From Vicugna vicugna (lineage: Eukaryota), in contig MU058221.1 of assembly GCA_013265495.1 (NCBI GenBank), positions 3,784,001 through 3,848,000 on the forward strand: 64,000 bases of DNA, read 5' to 3'. Position numbers and translations under genes: made by a program. The notes beneath the pieces were generated by a model. The model had not been told where the DNA came from and searched no databases. It worked only from the letters and a program-made list of their open reading frames with translations. This document shows, in pieces, positions 39,852-52,302 of the stretch (position 1 is its first letter; every line of letters begins with the position of its first letter).

Positions 39852-42800
39852 ACGCGCACGTGTGTGGTTGTATGCATTTTAATTTTTTAAAAAATATTTT
39901 TGCTATTCATTAGGGATGGGATAGCTCAGTCCTCCTTAACCACTCACACTGTGCACCCCACAATGTCCTTGGCCTCAAGGTCAGTGTTCCATACACGTAA
40001 GGGGAACATGACCTCATAGTTGAAGGAGGCATTTTATTTTTGTGTGTGAGAATAGCATATCCAGTGATGGAGGTACATATTTAACAATTTAAAGTGTAGA
40101 TATAGGAAATTAGGCTACATTTAATGTTGAAAATTAATTTCCCCTTTATCTCCTCTTAGAAATATGTGCTTCATTATGCGGATTCTTTCCTATCGGTGAT
40201 GCTGTGTCTGTTTATCTCACTTAGTTCTCTACAGTCAGCTTCTCTGTATATTTTACAATTTGTCTATTTTTTTTTCCTTTTCAGCACTGATGGTTCTATA
40301 AAGCATTGGGTTTAGCACAAACCCAATTAAAACCAGTGTAATTAGCTATCGTTCTTTATATTCTGTACAAATTGCATTTGTCTTTGTCACTGCATGAATT
40401 CTCTTCAGCCTTCATCCTTTTGGGGGGTGTGCACTTTCTATGTCTGATGGGACGCTGGGAACTAATATTTTCAGTCTTTCTCAGATTTCCTTGGTTTGCA
40501 TAAAATCCATGACTTGCCGCCATACTTCTTGGCCAAGAAAGCAAAGGGTCTGCTCTGTAATGAAAACATGGCTTTTTCAATAAGGGTTCAAGAAAATGCT
40601 TTTTATGGCAAATCAAGAAATAACCTGTAAGTCGTCACAATTGAGGATTATTAAGTTAAACAGGCTTATTAAGATTCATAAAGCAATTAGAAGCATTAGG
40701 CTCAATCCTCTTGTCATTGTCTTGTGCTTGTCCACATATTAAAGTCAACGGGAACTGTATGCTCTTGGCCATGGGCAAAATGTGGCCCATTTGGAATAAG
40801 AATAACATCTGCAGTTAAATTGGCAAGATAAAAATTAAAAGGTCCATCAATTCTCATGCTTCAGAGCATAAGACTATAACCAGATGGTGCCAGGAAGTTT
40901 CTGCCGGGCATGAGGACTCACTAATGGACAGGTGCATTACGGCGGTTTTCTTCTGGCCTCCCTCCTCATAATGTCTCGCACACACAGAGACAGACGTGCC
41001 AAAGACAGGGCCCCAAAACAAATGGGACATTTGCATTTCACCGGGATGAAATCCTCCCTTCGCCTGACATACTGAGACTTAGGGGTCCCAACAGGTGCTG
41101 GGAATATCAGTGAAGTCATTTTAGAATTTCATCCAACTCAACGGCCATGAAACATATCTTCTGCTTCTAAGTGTATTGTTTTTGTCTTTCCATGTCCTGA
41201 TAATTTACCTTAAACTACATTTCCCTCTGGGCATAACAATATGAGAAAAAAATTCATTGGAGTTTAGAAACCTCTGCTCCTAGATGTGAAAAACCAATTA
41301 ATTGCTACATATTCACTAGGTATCCACTATCTTTCTTCTACACACTGGGTGTGTGAAAACCATAGATGAAAAATTAAGACACCATGCTTTCCTTCAGGGA
41401 GCTGAAACTTCTCCTTTTGAGCTATGTAAGACCGGATGCTCTACATTTAATAGGAATCCTGAAAATAAATGTGGAATGAAGCCATCAGGGAACTTCATGA
41501 TTTTACATCTGAAATTGCGAAGATTCCAGGAAATGGTGATTTCCTTTTCTGATTTATGGAGAAGTTAAAACTAAAGTTACTAATTTATTTTTATTTTTTA
41601 AGTTCTACAAACATTTCTAGTGCAATGTTTTATGTATCTAAATAGTATTATTACATATTTGCATAATTGTATACATAATTAATTTGAAATGTGGTTCCCA
41701 TTCGTTTTTTTAGACCTCAGACACCCTCAGGAGTAGAATATTATATTTATCTTTGGGGAGTTTAATTGAACTTCTTCACATTGACGAGGTTAGGATAGTG
41801 TTAACCTTGTTTTAATGAACAAATTGTTTTCTAGAGAAAGCAAGATATATTCTTTTCTTTTATCCTCACGAACTTTTCCATTAAAGCATGGATTTCCAAT
41901 ACTCCCAAGAATTTCTTCCATGCAATGGCAGATTTTGCCATAACAATAGTATATTAATCTGTTCTAAAACGTCGGTTTGTTCAGAAACATCATAGAAATT
42001 TAGCACACAATGATTGTGTAAAAATATTTTTAAAAATGGAAAAACAGCCCTCACATGGAAGAGTTCTCTAACGGGCCCTGCCTTCCCGGAAATGTAATAT
42101 GATCGAAAGGTCATGAACATTTGGTCTTGGCTGCAAGTTTTTCATACACTCACCACTCATATAAAGGATGCCCTTGGGGACATGATTGGATGATCCAAAA
42201 ATAAAATCAACAACTGCCACAGAATAAATGTGTATTTTGATTTGCCTGTTTTGAAATAACTGAAATATGGCAGCGATGTCAAAACATCCTGTTTGAAGTC
42301 GCTCGTTTTTATCTAGGACAGCTGTAATTATGTGAAAAATTTCCCTTGAAAATGACTCTGGTTACTAGTGGATTTCAACTCCTAGTCCTACTGTGCGTCT
42401 TGCAGAAACACCAGGAGAAACAGTTTCCTTGTCTACAATGAGCACTTCCTCAAATATGAGCAAACACATTTGAATATGTCGGATACCTTTACCTATTTCT
42501 ACATCCTTATGACGTGAAGGTCAAGTTTTTCTGCACCCTTTTGTCCTTCTTCAGTAGGAATCTATTGATTAAAAAAAAAAGAGTTTTGATTATTTTTGAC
42601 AACTATTAAGCAAAATGATTAGAATAAAACTGATTAGAAGTTCAGTCTCCCATAACGGTGAGGTCATTTTTATTAATGCAGCTTCTCTTCGGGTCTGCCT
42701 GGTGAGGAGACACTTCATGCCTTGCATTCAACTTTTAATGTCAAATACACACAGGTGTTTTTCACCCGAGCCATCCTGGGCTCCTTCACCCAACGCTACC

Positions 42801-44833
42801 ATAATTAAAGTTGACTTTTTAATTCAAATGTTTATATGTATTTTTGTAAAATTTAGTTTGTTGATTTCTCTTTGGTATTAAAGATTGTCAGGTTCATTTT
42901 AAGTCTTGATTTAGCCATCTGTCATGTAAGCTGTCCCTCTCAGCTTCACTTAACTTCAGGCTTTGGAAGGCTGAATTCAGTGTATTCATTTGTAATACAT
43001 TTAAAAAATGTATATTAAAATGCAAAAAAAATACATTAAAGGAATAGATTGAAGCAGCTCCCTACTGCATACCTGTCATGTAGACTTTCATAGTTACTCA
43101 ACAGACTTTAATAATGCTATTCACTTTGAGACTCAGTTACATTTTCTTCAACTCACATTGTTCCATCATTTAAATAAATATCCCGAAGGCTCACTCTGAA
43201 CTCCTCCGCTCACAGTTTATGAAAACCAAGTTCTTGTGCGTTAGAGAGATCAAATAAAATCATAGTGAGATTAAAAACAAAATTTTTAAAAATGAGATCC
43301 AATCATAGGTCAAAAACAAATAGGTCAAATAAATCATAGGTCAAAAAAAAGGCAAGTTAGAATAAATTAAGGTTGCTGACCTTTATTGACTATATTCTTC
43401 TCTTTGCATTTTTGCTAGTTCACTGAACTAAAATATGATGTTTAGTTCTAGTATCTTGCTAAAAAAGTGCAGAGATATTTTCTAACAGCTGGACCTATGA
43501 TGTATTAAATGTGTGGTATGATGTGTGTAGTAACAATAAGATGACTAAAATATACTGTGTAAAGGGCTTGGCAGAATCAAAGTTTAATCCTAACAAAAAT
43601 CCTCTTTTCTTGAATTCCTGAGGAGGACTTTATTTCACTTTGATAGAGAGGAAAGGAAATGAGCAAACAGTGAAACAAGCAAAATATTACTTACGTGTAA
43701 ATCTAAATGATTAATTTCCATTATTCTCAATGACAAAAAAATCAAGTATTCAGTAAAAAGAAATCAACCCTCCGCATCTTTGGAGGTTCAACGATCTGTC
43801 ATGTTTAAAACAAACTACTAATCTCTAATTTTTCAAAATTAAATCTCAAATCCTAGTATCATGGTGACTATGACTTCAAAACAAATGTTTGGTATCCTTT
43901 TTACAGGGTCTCACTAGATCCGTATTGGTCTTCTCGGCATAAAGTTTGGGGAATTTCCTGAAATTTATGTATTATTTATTTATTATTATATTATTTATTA
44001 TTACTGGGGAAAACGTATCTGGAGTTTGTGGGTGGGAGACGGTTGCTAACAGGCCTGGAAAATCCATTTTCTCCCTTAAACAGGGGTTAGGGGAAATGTT
44101 CCTGGAGGGAGAGGTAAATAAGATGGCGTGATCGAACCTATTTTTGAGCATATTAATGGCAGGCTTCCTGGAAAACAAGCTCGTGTTTCAGTCTAACAGG
44201 AGAGTCTATATGCGTGGAATGCTCTTATCAAAATACACCTGGGCGGTCTGGGATTGCTTATGCTAAGCAAACGGGGAATCCATGGTTCATGAAAATGCTC
44301 CCCAGAAAGCGTTAGGCTACGCAACAGTTTGCATACCAAGTGGGAATGTTTTGTGACTAAAATGTGCTTTCCTTTGCACAAGCAACCTGGCCGTGTTAGA
44401 GAGCTCACGTGTTACCTGCTTTTCCTGATGCTGCGACAAACAATGTGGGAGTTGCCCTGGCAACACTGGCCCCCTCCCTGGCTCACCGGTGGCTCGGTAT
44501 TACCTCTGTTTCTCAAAATTGCTGTTAGTTCGACAACATGATGATTTGTGATATCTCTGATTTTTTTAAAAGGGAGTATGGGCCATAAATTTATAGAGAG
44601 TAGGTGTAATGGAGAGTCGGGTAATTATTTAATGAACTTATATCATGAAACTTAAATTGACTGCATCCCACGTGGCTTGATTAAGCAGGCCCTATGGGGT
44701 GGGTGCACATTATGTATTACTGGGACAAGGATGGATCCAGTTACTCACAACCTAATGAGGGATGACCTGAAATAACAATTCAGGCTCATGGCAAAAGTGG
44801 ATTCGATGATAAAAATGCTTCTGAAGATCAATA

Positions 44834-45372
44834 TTTTTTTTATATAAACCTTTGTGCACTATCTGCATCCTGGGCCCCATGGCAGGAAGGGGATGACTGC
44901 TGGGTGGGCTGGGGGTGGGTGGAGGCAGGGCCCTTGCCACCTGCATGCCCGCACCCACCCTGAACCTGAGGGTGAGAATGAGGTGCTCTGGGAGGGACCA
45001 GGGAGCCCCCAGACTTGGAGCAAGATGGCAGCAGGGGGCGTGGCAGACAGCCAGGGCTCCCTTTAGGAAGTGAGGCAGGACTTGGTGCCACAGTTGCAGG
45101 ACAGCTTGGTGCTGGCATCCTCAGTGGGGACCCTGTGGTCATAGATGAGCTCCTCACCACACAGGATGTGGTGCAGGGCAAAGATGACCATGTGCTTCTG
45201 GACTCCAACGTGGATGACTCAAGAGAAGCCATTGGGCTCACGTGGGTGATTGATGAAGTGGGCGGCACTGCCATGCATGGTGACACCCACCACGTCGAAG
45301 TCACCCATGCAGAACATGAAGCACCCAATGCCCTTCCTGTCAGAGGTTCTCCCGCTTCTCAGTCAGCACCGC
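44834..45372 (-). pseudogene. KMT2B: Processed pseudogene of KMT2B (MLL-family H3K4 methyltransferase): SET C-terminal half, post-SET and 3' UTR
   Basis: Minus strand reads VLTEKRE/DRKGIGCFMFCMGDFDVVGVTMHGSAAHFINHPREPNGFS*VIHVGVQKHMVIFALHHILCGEELIYDHRVPTEDASTKLSCNCGTKSC. Recalled KMT2B reads [99 protein letters not shown]. In-frame stop at 45219-45221, two frameshifts, then a GC-rich UTR and an A tail (T run 44834-44841). Confidence 0.92.
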
Positions 45373-45739
45373 GTTATTCCCCACTCCTCATTCTTATTAC
45401 AGAATCTACTACGCTTGGAGATAAATTTATTGCTTTAAGGAGTGTACAGTTAACCGTCAATATGACTGTTTTCCAAAAGTCAGGACATCTGGCTCCCACT
45501 GGGTGTCGGCCGCACAGCTGTGGGTGGTGCAGGAAGCGGTGAACCTGGCCATACTCCCTGTCAAAGGGTTAACCTTATGGTTCTAAACATGCACAGTGAT
45601 GTGTTGGGATCACCCAGGCCTAAATCAGCATATTGATTGAACTGAGACTCATAATCCACTAGGAAAATCGTTACCTGTTCTCTAACTGCCCAAAGTCAAT
45701 CTCCACATCCTTCTGAGATTCATGCAAACGCTTTACACA

Positions 45740-46780
45740 TCTTGAGAGAAGACAGTCTTATCATAAAACTGATTTCATGGAAGGCAGGGCAGAGGTCTAG
45801 AGGCAACGCAAGGAGGAGGTTGATGAAGCGCTGGAGAACAAAAAGTTCTCTCTGAAACAAGGACAACGTTGGAAGAATCAAGTCAACAGACAAGAAGTGA
45901 AAAGCAATGAAAAACAGTAAGGAATTCAAACGTGCTTGATTTTCACCCTTTTAGAGTCTTTGGTGACTTCCTTGAGAAGAACATTTTCAAGGTGTGATGG
46001 AGGCAGCAGACAGAGTGGCAGGAATCAGGAAGCGACTGTGAGGCAAGAAGATACAGCGTAAGGACATTTCCTCCTCATTCAAGACGCGTGGCTGAGAAGG
46101 AGGTGTGGGATGTGGAAGCAGTGACGGAAACAAAGGGGATAAAGAGATGCTCCTTTATTTGCTAATGGGGACGAAACAAGAACTGTGTCTTTTGAAGGTA
46201 CCGGGAGAGACTGTCAGTGATGGAGCAAGGTCAGTAGGAAGGGAGATATACGGACATTTAGGTTACAAGTGGAGACATGAATTTTTTTTTTCACAAGAGA
46301 AATAACCCTCCTCACCCCTGAAACAGGCTCGAAGATGGTAAGTCTAGGACGAGAACCAGGTAGCATTGTTAGTGTGGGGAGTGCAAGGAATTGGAGGATC
46401 ATTTTTAAGGAGATTATATTATCTCTGCATATTTAGAAAGAGCAATGCATTGAAAATGAACCAGGTAACAGAATGAGAGATGGAAGCTTCAAAACTGTAA
46501 GATACAAAGAGTCCATGACAGTAGCACAAGGGAGATGCCAGGTCAGTCCTGAACTTCACACCTGGGGACTGTTGTGGACAAGAAATAGAGGTCGCTTTTG
46601 TTGAAGTTGCTGTTTTTAGGACTTTTGTCTTAGAAGTTGAAACTCTGTTAGTCAAATCAAATATCCCATGGAAGGACAACGGAGTGGTCTGTGGGCTAGA
46701 AAAGCAGTCATGGGGACTGGCATTGCCTTAGTGATGGCATGGCAGGGGGCACTGTGACCTGGAGGAGGAGGGGGGAAGAA
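45740..46780 (-). mobile_element. L2 relic
   Basis: 'tttggtgacttccttgagaagaacattttcaaggtgtgatggaggcagcagacagagtgg' and a purine-rich plus strand, both typical of antisense L2. Confidence 0.55.
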
Positions 46781-47219
46781 AGATGCCTCTGTTCTTTGTC
46801 ACCTGAAAAATATGAATTTTTAACAGGAGACAGAAAGTGTGCTATAAACAGATTTTATTAGTCACGTAAAAAGGTAGTGAAAGACAGTGCAGCCCGGAGA
46901 CCTGGGGCTGGGCCAGCCCAGGAGAGGAAAATGATGACACCGCTCCTTTGTTTCTCCTGTCTTATATCCTGGCTTCGGGGACATTTTTTACGACTGAAAG
47001 TAAATATTTTTGGAGCCCCTGATCCTGAGGGCAGGGACACGGTTATCGTCTGGGTTGCTCCCTCCCCCCGCTCTCCCCCTGCCCGGTGCTCAGTTCTACC
47101 CACCTGCCTAACACTCCTGTTACCGGAGGAAGGGAGCGGTATTAGATACAGCGACCACAAAGTAGATTTTCAATGTGCAGATCTGGCAACTGGTCAAAAA
47201 TACAAGAGCTAACTCTGAC

Positions 47220-47465
47220 AGTGCCTTCACTATGTGCCAGACTTTCCCTGAACACTTTGTATTAAGTTACTTTCATATCCCTGAAGTAGGTGTTATTAAT
47301 AATAACATATTTATTAACTAATGTAGTGAACTAATATTGGTTAATATTAAGTTTATGGGTGAGGAAGTCAAGGTGTACAGAGGTAAATAATTTGCTCAGA
47401 ATTATATAATTGCAGAGTAAAAATGTATAACCGATGGCTGGCTCTAACATCCATGCTTTAACCAC
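47220..47465 (-). mobile_element. MIR SINE relic
   Basis: 'cactatgtgccagac...gaggaagtcaaggtgtacagaggtaaataatttgctcaga...catccatgctttaaccac'. Confidence 0.6.
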
Positions 47466-47476
47466 AACCTTATCTC

Positions 47477-47501
<25 letters not shown>
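47477..47501. repeat. (CT)n microsatellite
   Basis: Perfect CT run. Confidence 0.9.
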
Positions 47502-47508
<7 letters not shown>

Positions 47509-50500
47509 GGAAATGAAACAATTAATTGAGATGCAAAAGAATTGCTAGCCTTTTTTAATGATTGAAAGTGAATGTATACTTGCATAGTTGAATGTTTTTT
47601 CCCAGAAGGGTTCAGGAGCTGATCTCTGCATGACGCAGGGTGCATGGCTTCTCTGGTGCAGGAATGGGTGTTTTGCTGAGTGGGTAGAGCAGAAAAACAG
47701 GGAGAAATGAATTGGGGAGGGGGAGCAACTGGGTCTTTGGATTGCTGGACAGTACTATACAGACTGCGTAGGAAAGGAAGTGCATGCAAGGAAACTGGTA
47801 GTTTTGAAGAAAATTACGCATCAAGGTCCTGGAAGGCTGAGAGGAGCAGGAACTGAACGAAGTGGAAAAATAAGACTGAGTGCTATCAGGGGTCACGGTT
47901 TTAAGTGTGGGAAATGCTGCTAAAATTCATATTGTGGCCGTGAATGTGGAAGCTGTGGTCGCTGAAACAGAAGAGGCAACGGCGCTAGAGGGAGATATTG
48001 CTGAGTTAGTTAGCACAGGGTTTTCATTTTGGGTTGTTTGACACATACAGTTATGTTGAATTTAGTGGCAACGAAAGCAGTTTGTTTCACTGATAGAAAA
48101 TTTTATGTGTGTGTAGGGTAACCTAAAAATCTGATTTTGTAAACCTGTAACTGGTATCCATTGATACACCTTCTAAAGATCACAGTGACAAAGAAACAGT
48201 TTGAGTTTTTTTCTTCTTTTGGATAAGAATTTTAAAACTAGATAGTGGGTATTTCTTTAATTTTGCTCTGCACAAGCTAAATACACACATTGTTCCTGCC
48301 CAGGTTTGCTGTCGTGATTAACACGATGGACGGGAACATGGTGGTGTGGGAAGAGCACGACCTTTGGATCCAGACAAATCTGATTGAAAAAAACATGATG
48401 TGATTGATCTTAATCTCTCTCAGCCTCGGTTTCCTCATTGATGGATGAAGATGGTTATTGTGTCTGACATTGTCCCTCCGATAGCAAAGCTTGACTCCTT
48501 TATTTCTAGCTAATGGAATCAAGTCCCCAAAATAGAGGTCAAACGTACTAAATAAAAACTCACTTCGTCAGGCTCCCTGTAGCTACACGTGGACTTGGGG
48601 ACCACTCGGGGACAATTACCTTGAGAGACAGATCTGTGTAGTGGAAGGTTTACCGGGAAGGAGGCTCCTCGGGGTAGAACAGAGAAGACAGAACTGTCTT
48701 TGCCTCCTTTTTGCTTTGGACCGTGCCTGAGTGAGTCTGATGTTGAGTATTTCTGCGTCATTACAGGAACAGAGGGAGCTGCTACTGACACGCTGAGGAC
48801 GGAAGTTGAAATTAACCCAGAGATACCCGCCTCCGGTTGTAGTGTTAGTGAAGTATCTGTACATCTCACTGTCATCCACCTTTAATAAGATGTCTTATTA
48901 CTTACAGCCAAGTATCCTAACTGATGAAATGAAAAAGAAAGTGTAAAAGACTACATTGACAGCACAGTTGATGACTTAAAAATATTTCGTCAATTTTACG
49001 TAAAATGCAGGTTTAAATGCAAAGTACAAATGTGGCCGATGTGCAGTACAATATAACTCATTGTCTCATCATGATTTACACTTGTGTTAGTGCTGTCTAT
49101 AAGCCAATAATTTAAAAATTGGCTTTCAAAGCAATTGTAATGTGATGTTGGCCCTGCAGGAAGCTTGTTCACCAGGATGAAAAAATCTGTAAAGAGAAGA
49201 TAAAGTGAAAGAGCGATTATGTTTACATAAAATTAGGAGGACACATTTCCAGCCAAATAGTAAGAGTTTGTGTCAAACAAAAAAGATAGATAGGTATTAT
49301 GAAAAGTCTTTTTTAAAACAAAAAAAGAGGATAGGAGGAAATTTTGGAGGCCAAAAAAAAAAAAAAAAGATTTAAAAGAATCTTTGGTAATTACTGCAAA
49401 GTGCTTTTTGTCTTTGTTTAAAAAAAAAAAACAAACCACAATCTTACTCTTCTAAAATAATGGCTATATATTTTCAAATAGTGTTTTTTGCAAATGAAGA
49501 TGAAAGAAAAATGCATTATTTATCATTCATCATTACTTAATATCTGATTGCAAAATGTACTGTTTGCATTGAAGATTAAATCCTTTTCTTTTTAAACATC
49601 TTGTCCTACATTTAAAAGAGAAACATAAGAAGCAATTAACGGTGACACCTTTTACTCCGTAGCTTTGAAGTGGAAAATGAGAGGATGGTTAGAGGCTGCG
49701 TGCTGCATAATAACCTTTTTAATGCTCCAGCTTGAACTATAGATCCTTAAGCAAGCAGAATAAATGTGCTATTTGGGGCCTCCAGCCCACTTCTAGGAAG
49801 ATGATGGGCTAACCGGTTCAGGGAAAATGTCACAGTGTTTTCCCAGCAGATACCAGTAATGACACAGCGCCGCTGCAAAGCTAAATGCTTCCATCCTTCT
49901 CGCTGTGAGTTTTCGCCCTTGGAGTCAGTTTTCCTTCCTTCCTCAAAAGCCCTTTGAAGTCTAGGGTTTGAAACACACAGATCGGACCATGTCTCTATTA
50001 AACGGGTAGATATTACACAATCCAGTCAGTAAAAGTGAGGCTCCTACCTTCCCTGAACATTTAGCTTTTGCTGGCAGTGAAGGTTTGTAATTGTGAAGTT
50101 GTTAATATTAGTAACTAAAATGCCTCTTTCCAGGATAACTCACCTATTCCTCCTATCAGTGCCTAATAAAATAAAACAATGTGATCCCAGAGGAGCTTTG
50201 GAAGACTAAGTTCCCCATATTTGTAAAAACACCTCTAAGGGCTTTATTTGTGAGCCCCGGAAAACCTTGAACTCAGAAATGAAATGGACTGTCTAACCTG
50301 AGTGTTTGAAAGCCTTTAATACAATTTCTTTCAGGATAAGAAATGACACTTGCTCTTTCTTTGTCTCCCAGAGTCGTATACATATAGTCATTCCTTTCCA
50401 CGTATGTGAGTTAATTGTGTTTGTGCTGGAGAAAGGTTTGAGATCGTTGGATTGTTTTATTTTAGAATTAAGTCTTTCAATGCTGAGTGTAACTGTGTTT

Positions 50501-50571
50501 AAGAATGAATACTGTAGATTTTTATTAAGACAAATTTGATTGACTAATAATCAGTAATATATTAGAAAGCA

Positions 50572-50665
50572 TTTTTTTTCTTTTCCTAATTTAGGTATAG
50601 TCGGTTTACAATGCTGTGTTAATTTCTGGTGTACAGCATAGTGATTCAGTTATATATATGTATTT
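50572..50665 (-). mobile_element. L1 3'-tip fragment
   Basis: T tract followed by 'tatagtcggtttacaatgctgtgttaatttctggtgtacagcatagtgattcagttata'. Confidence 0.75.
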
Positions 50666-51062
50666 TATGTAGACTTCCATAATCCTACCTTTCCATCCAG
50701 AAGAGCCTGCATGGTGAAATCAGCCTTTGCCTTTTTTATGTTGACATATGATTTTGAAGTGTACTTACTGACTTCTAGATAGAATGAATGAGCTGAGATA
50801 CAGAGATTGAGATACAGTGATTATTTCTTCAAAGCATCAAATGGAGACGATGTACCATTCTCTCTGATTACCCATTAAAAAACATTCTTTATACTCATAA
50901 GCTTTACTTGAAGGATATCTTACTTATTTCTCTTTCTAGGTGATTTAAATAGAATCTTATATCATTCTTCCTAGTAATTAATATGGTAATGAGCACATAA
51001 AAAGTGCTTAATGTACTTTTGTTGAATGGAATTAAGACTCTCAAAATGGAGTTGATACAAGA

Positions 51063-51151
51063 TATATTCCTTTTCATATTCTTTTTCATTATAGGTTGCT
51101 ACAAGATATTGAATATAGTTCCCTGTGCTACACAGTATAAACTTGTTGTTT
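51063..51151 (-). mobile_element. Internal L1 3' UTR fragment without tail, inside an 11-bp direct repeat
   Basis: Matches 52835-52920. TTGATACAAGA at 51052-51062 and 51159-51169. Confidence 0.75.
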
Positions 51152-51384
51152 CAGAGAATTGATACAAGAGACAAAAGTCTGGCTTCTATTTCCTGCTTTG
51201 CCTTGAATAGTATATTGTCTAGTTTTGCTTACTTTATTGTCATTATAGTTATTGTTTTAACTGGCTTTGCCTTTTAAATATCCTGATTAGCATAGGCTGG
51301 ATCTCTAACCTGAGGGTATGTTGGCTATGATTTTGTTAAATAATATCTCAATCCTATATGTTTTAATAAAAACTAGTGGAACTC

Positions 51385-52246
51385 AATATCACTAATTATC
51401 AGAGAAATGCAAGTCAAAACTACAATGAGGTATCACCTCACACCAGTCAGAATGGCCGTCATTCAAAAATCCACAAATGACAAATGCTGGAGAGGCTAGA
51501 TAGAAAGGGGAACCCTCCTACACTGCTGGTGGGAATGCAGTTTGGTGCAGCCACTGTGGAAAACAGTGTGGAGATTCCTCAAAAGACTAGGAATAGACTT
51601 ACCATATGACCCAGGAATCCCGCTCCTGGGCTTGTATCCAGAAGGAAATCTACTTCAGGATGACACCTGCACCCCAATGTTCATAGCAGCACTATTTACA
51701 ATAGCCAAAACATGGAAACAGCCTAAATGTCCATCAACAGGTGACTGGATAAAGAAGAGGTGGTATATTTATACAATGGAATACTACTCAGCCATAAAAA
51801 CCGACAACATAATGCCATTTGCAGCAACATGGATGCTCCTAGAGAATGTCATTCTAAGTGAAGTAAGCCAGAAAGAGAAAGAAAAATACCATATGAGATC
51901 GCTCATATGTGGAATCTAAAAAACAAAAACAAACAAACAAACAAAAACAAAGCATAAATACAGGACAGAAATAGACTCATGGACAGAGAATACAGACTTG
52001 TGGTTACCGGGGGGGTAGAGGGTGGGAAGGGATAGACTGGGATTTCAAAATTGTAGAATAGATAAACAAGATTACACTGTATAGCACAGGGAAATATACA
52101 CAAAATGTTATGATAAATCACAGAGAAAAAAATGTGACAATGAGTGTGTATATGTCCATGAATGACTGAAAAATTGTGCTGAACACTGGAATTTGACACA
52201 ACATTGTAAAATGATTATAAATCAATAAAAAATGTTAAAAAAAAAA
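51385..52246 (+). mobile_element. Young 5'-truncated L1 (ORF2 C-terminus + full 3' UTR + poly-A) with 17-bp TSD
   Basis: ORF 51542-51919 is the L1 ORF2 end ([15 protein letters not shown]...MEYYSAIK). AAAAACTAGTGGAACTC at 51368-51384 and 52242-52258. Confidence 0.97.
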
Positions 52247-52302
52247 CTAGTGGAACTCTTAAGAGAAGACTTTTAAGACTGTTGATCTGTGAGCTCTACG
52301 CC

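Noticed and set aside
40356..40630. Possible exon (splice-like sites around 40625 on both strands)
   Set aside because: No recognisable protein and strand-ambiguous signals; consistent with chance.
44840..45328. 162-aa Ser/Pro-rich minus-strand ORF
   Set aside because: It is an off-frame reading of the KMT2B retrocopy and its GC-rich UTR, with a TTG start.
45015..45542. Longest ORF in the window (175 aa, plus strand)
   Set aside because: It is the antisense shadow of the KMT2B pseudogene codons and starts at TTG, not ATG. There is no independent homology.
48519..48885. Possible minus-strand coding exon (118-aa ORF running into a GTGAGT donor-like site)
   Set aside because: Weak acceptor, no recognisable protein, no partner exons, and 48620-48675 resembles an old LTR16/33-type fragment.
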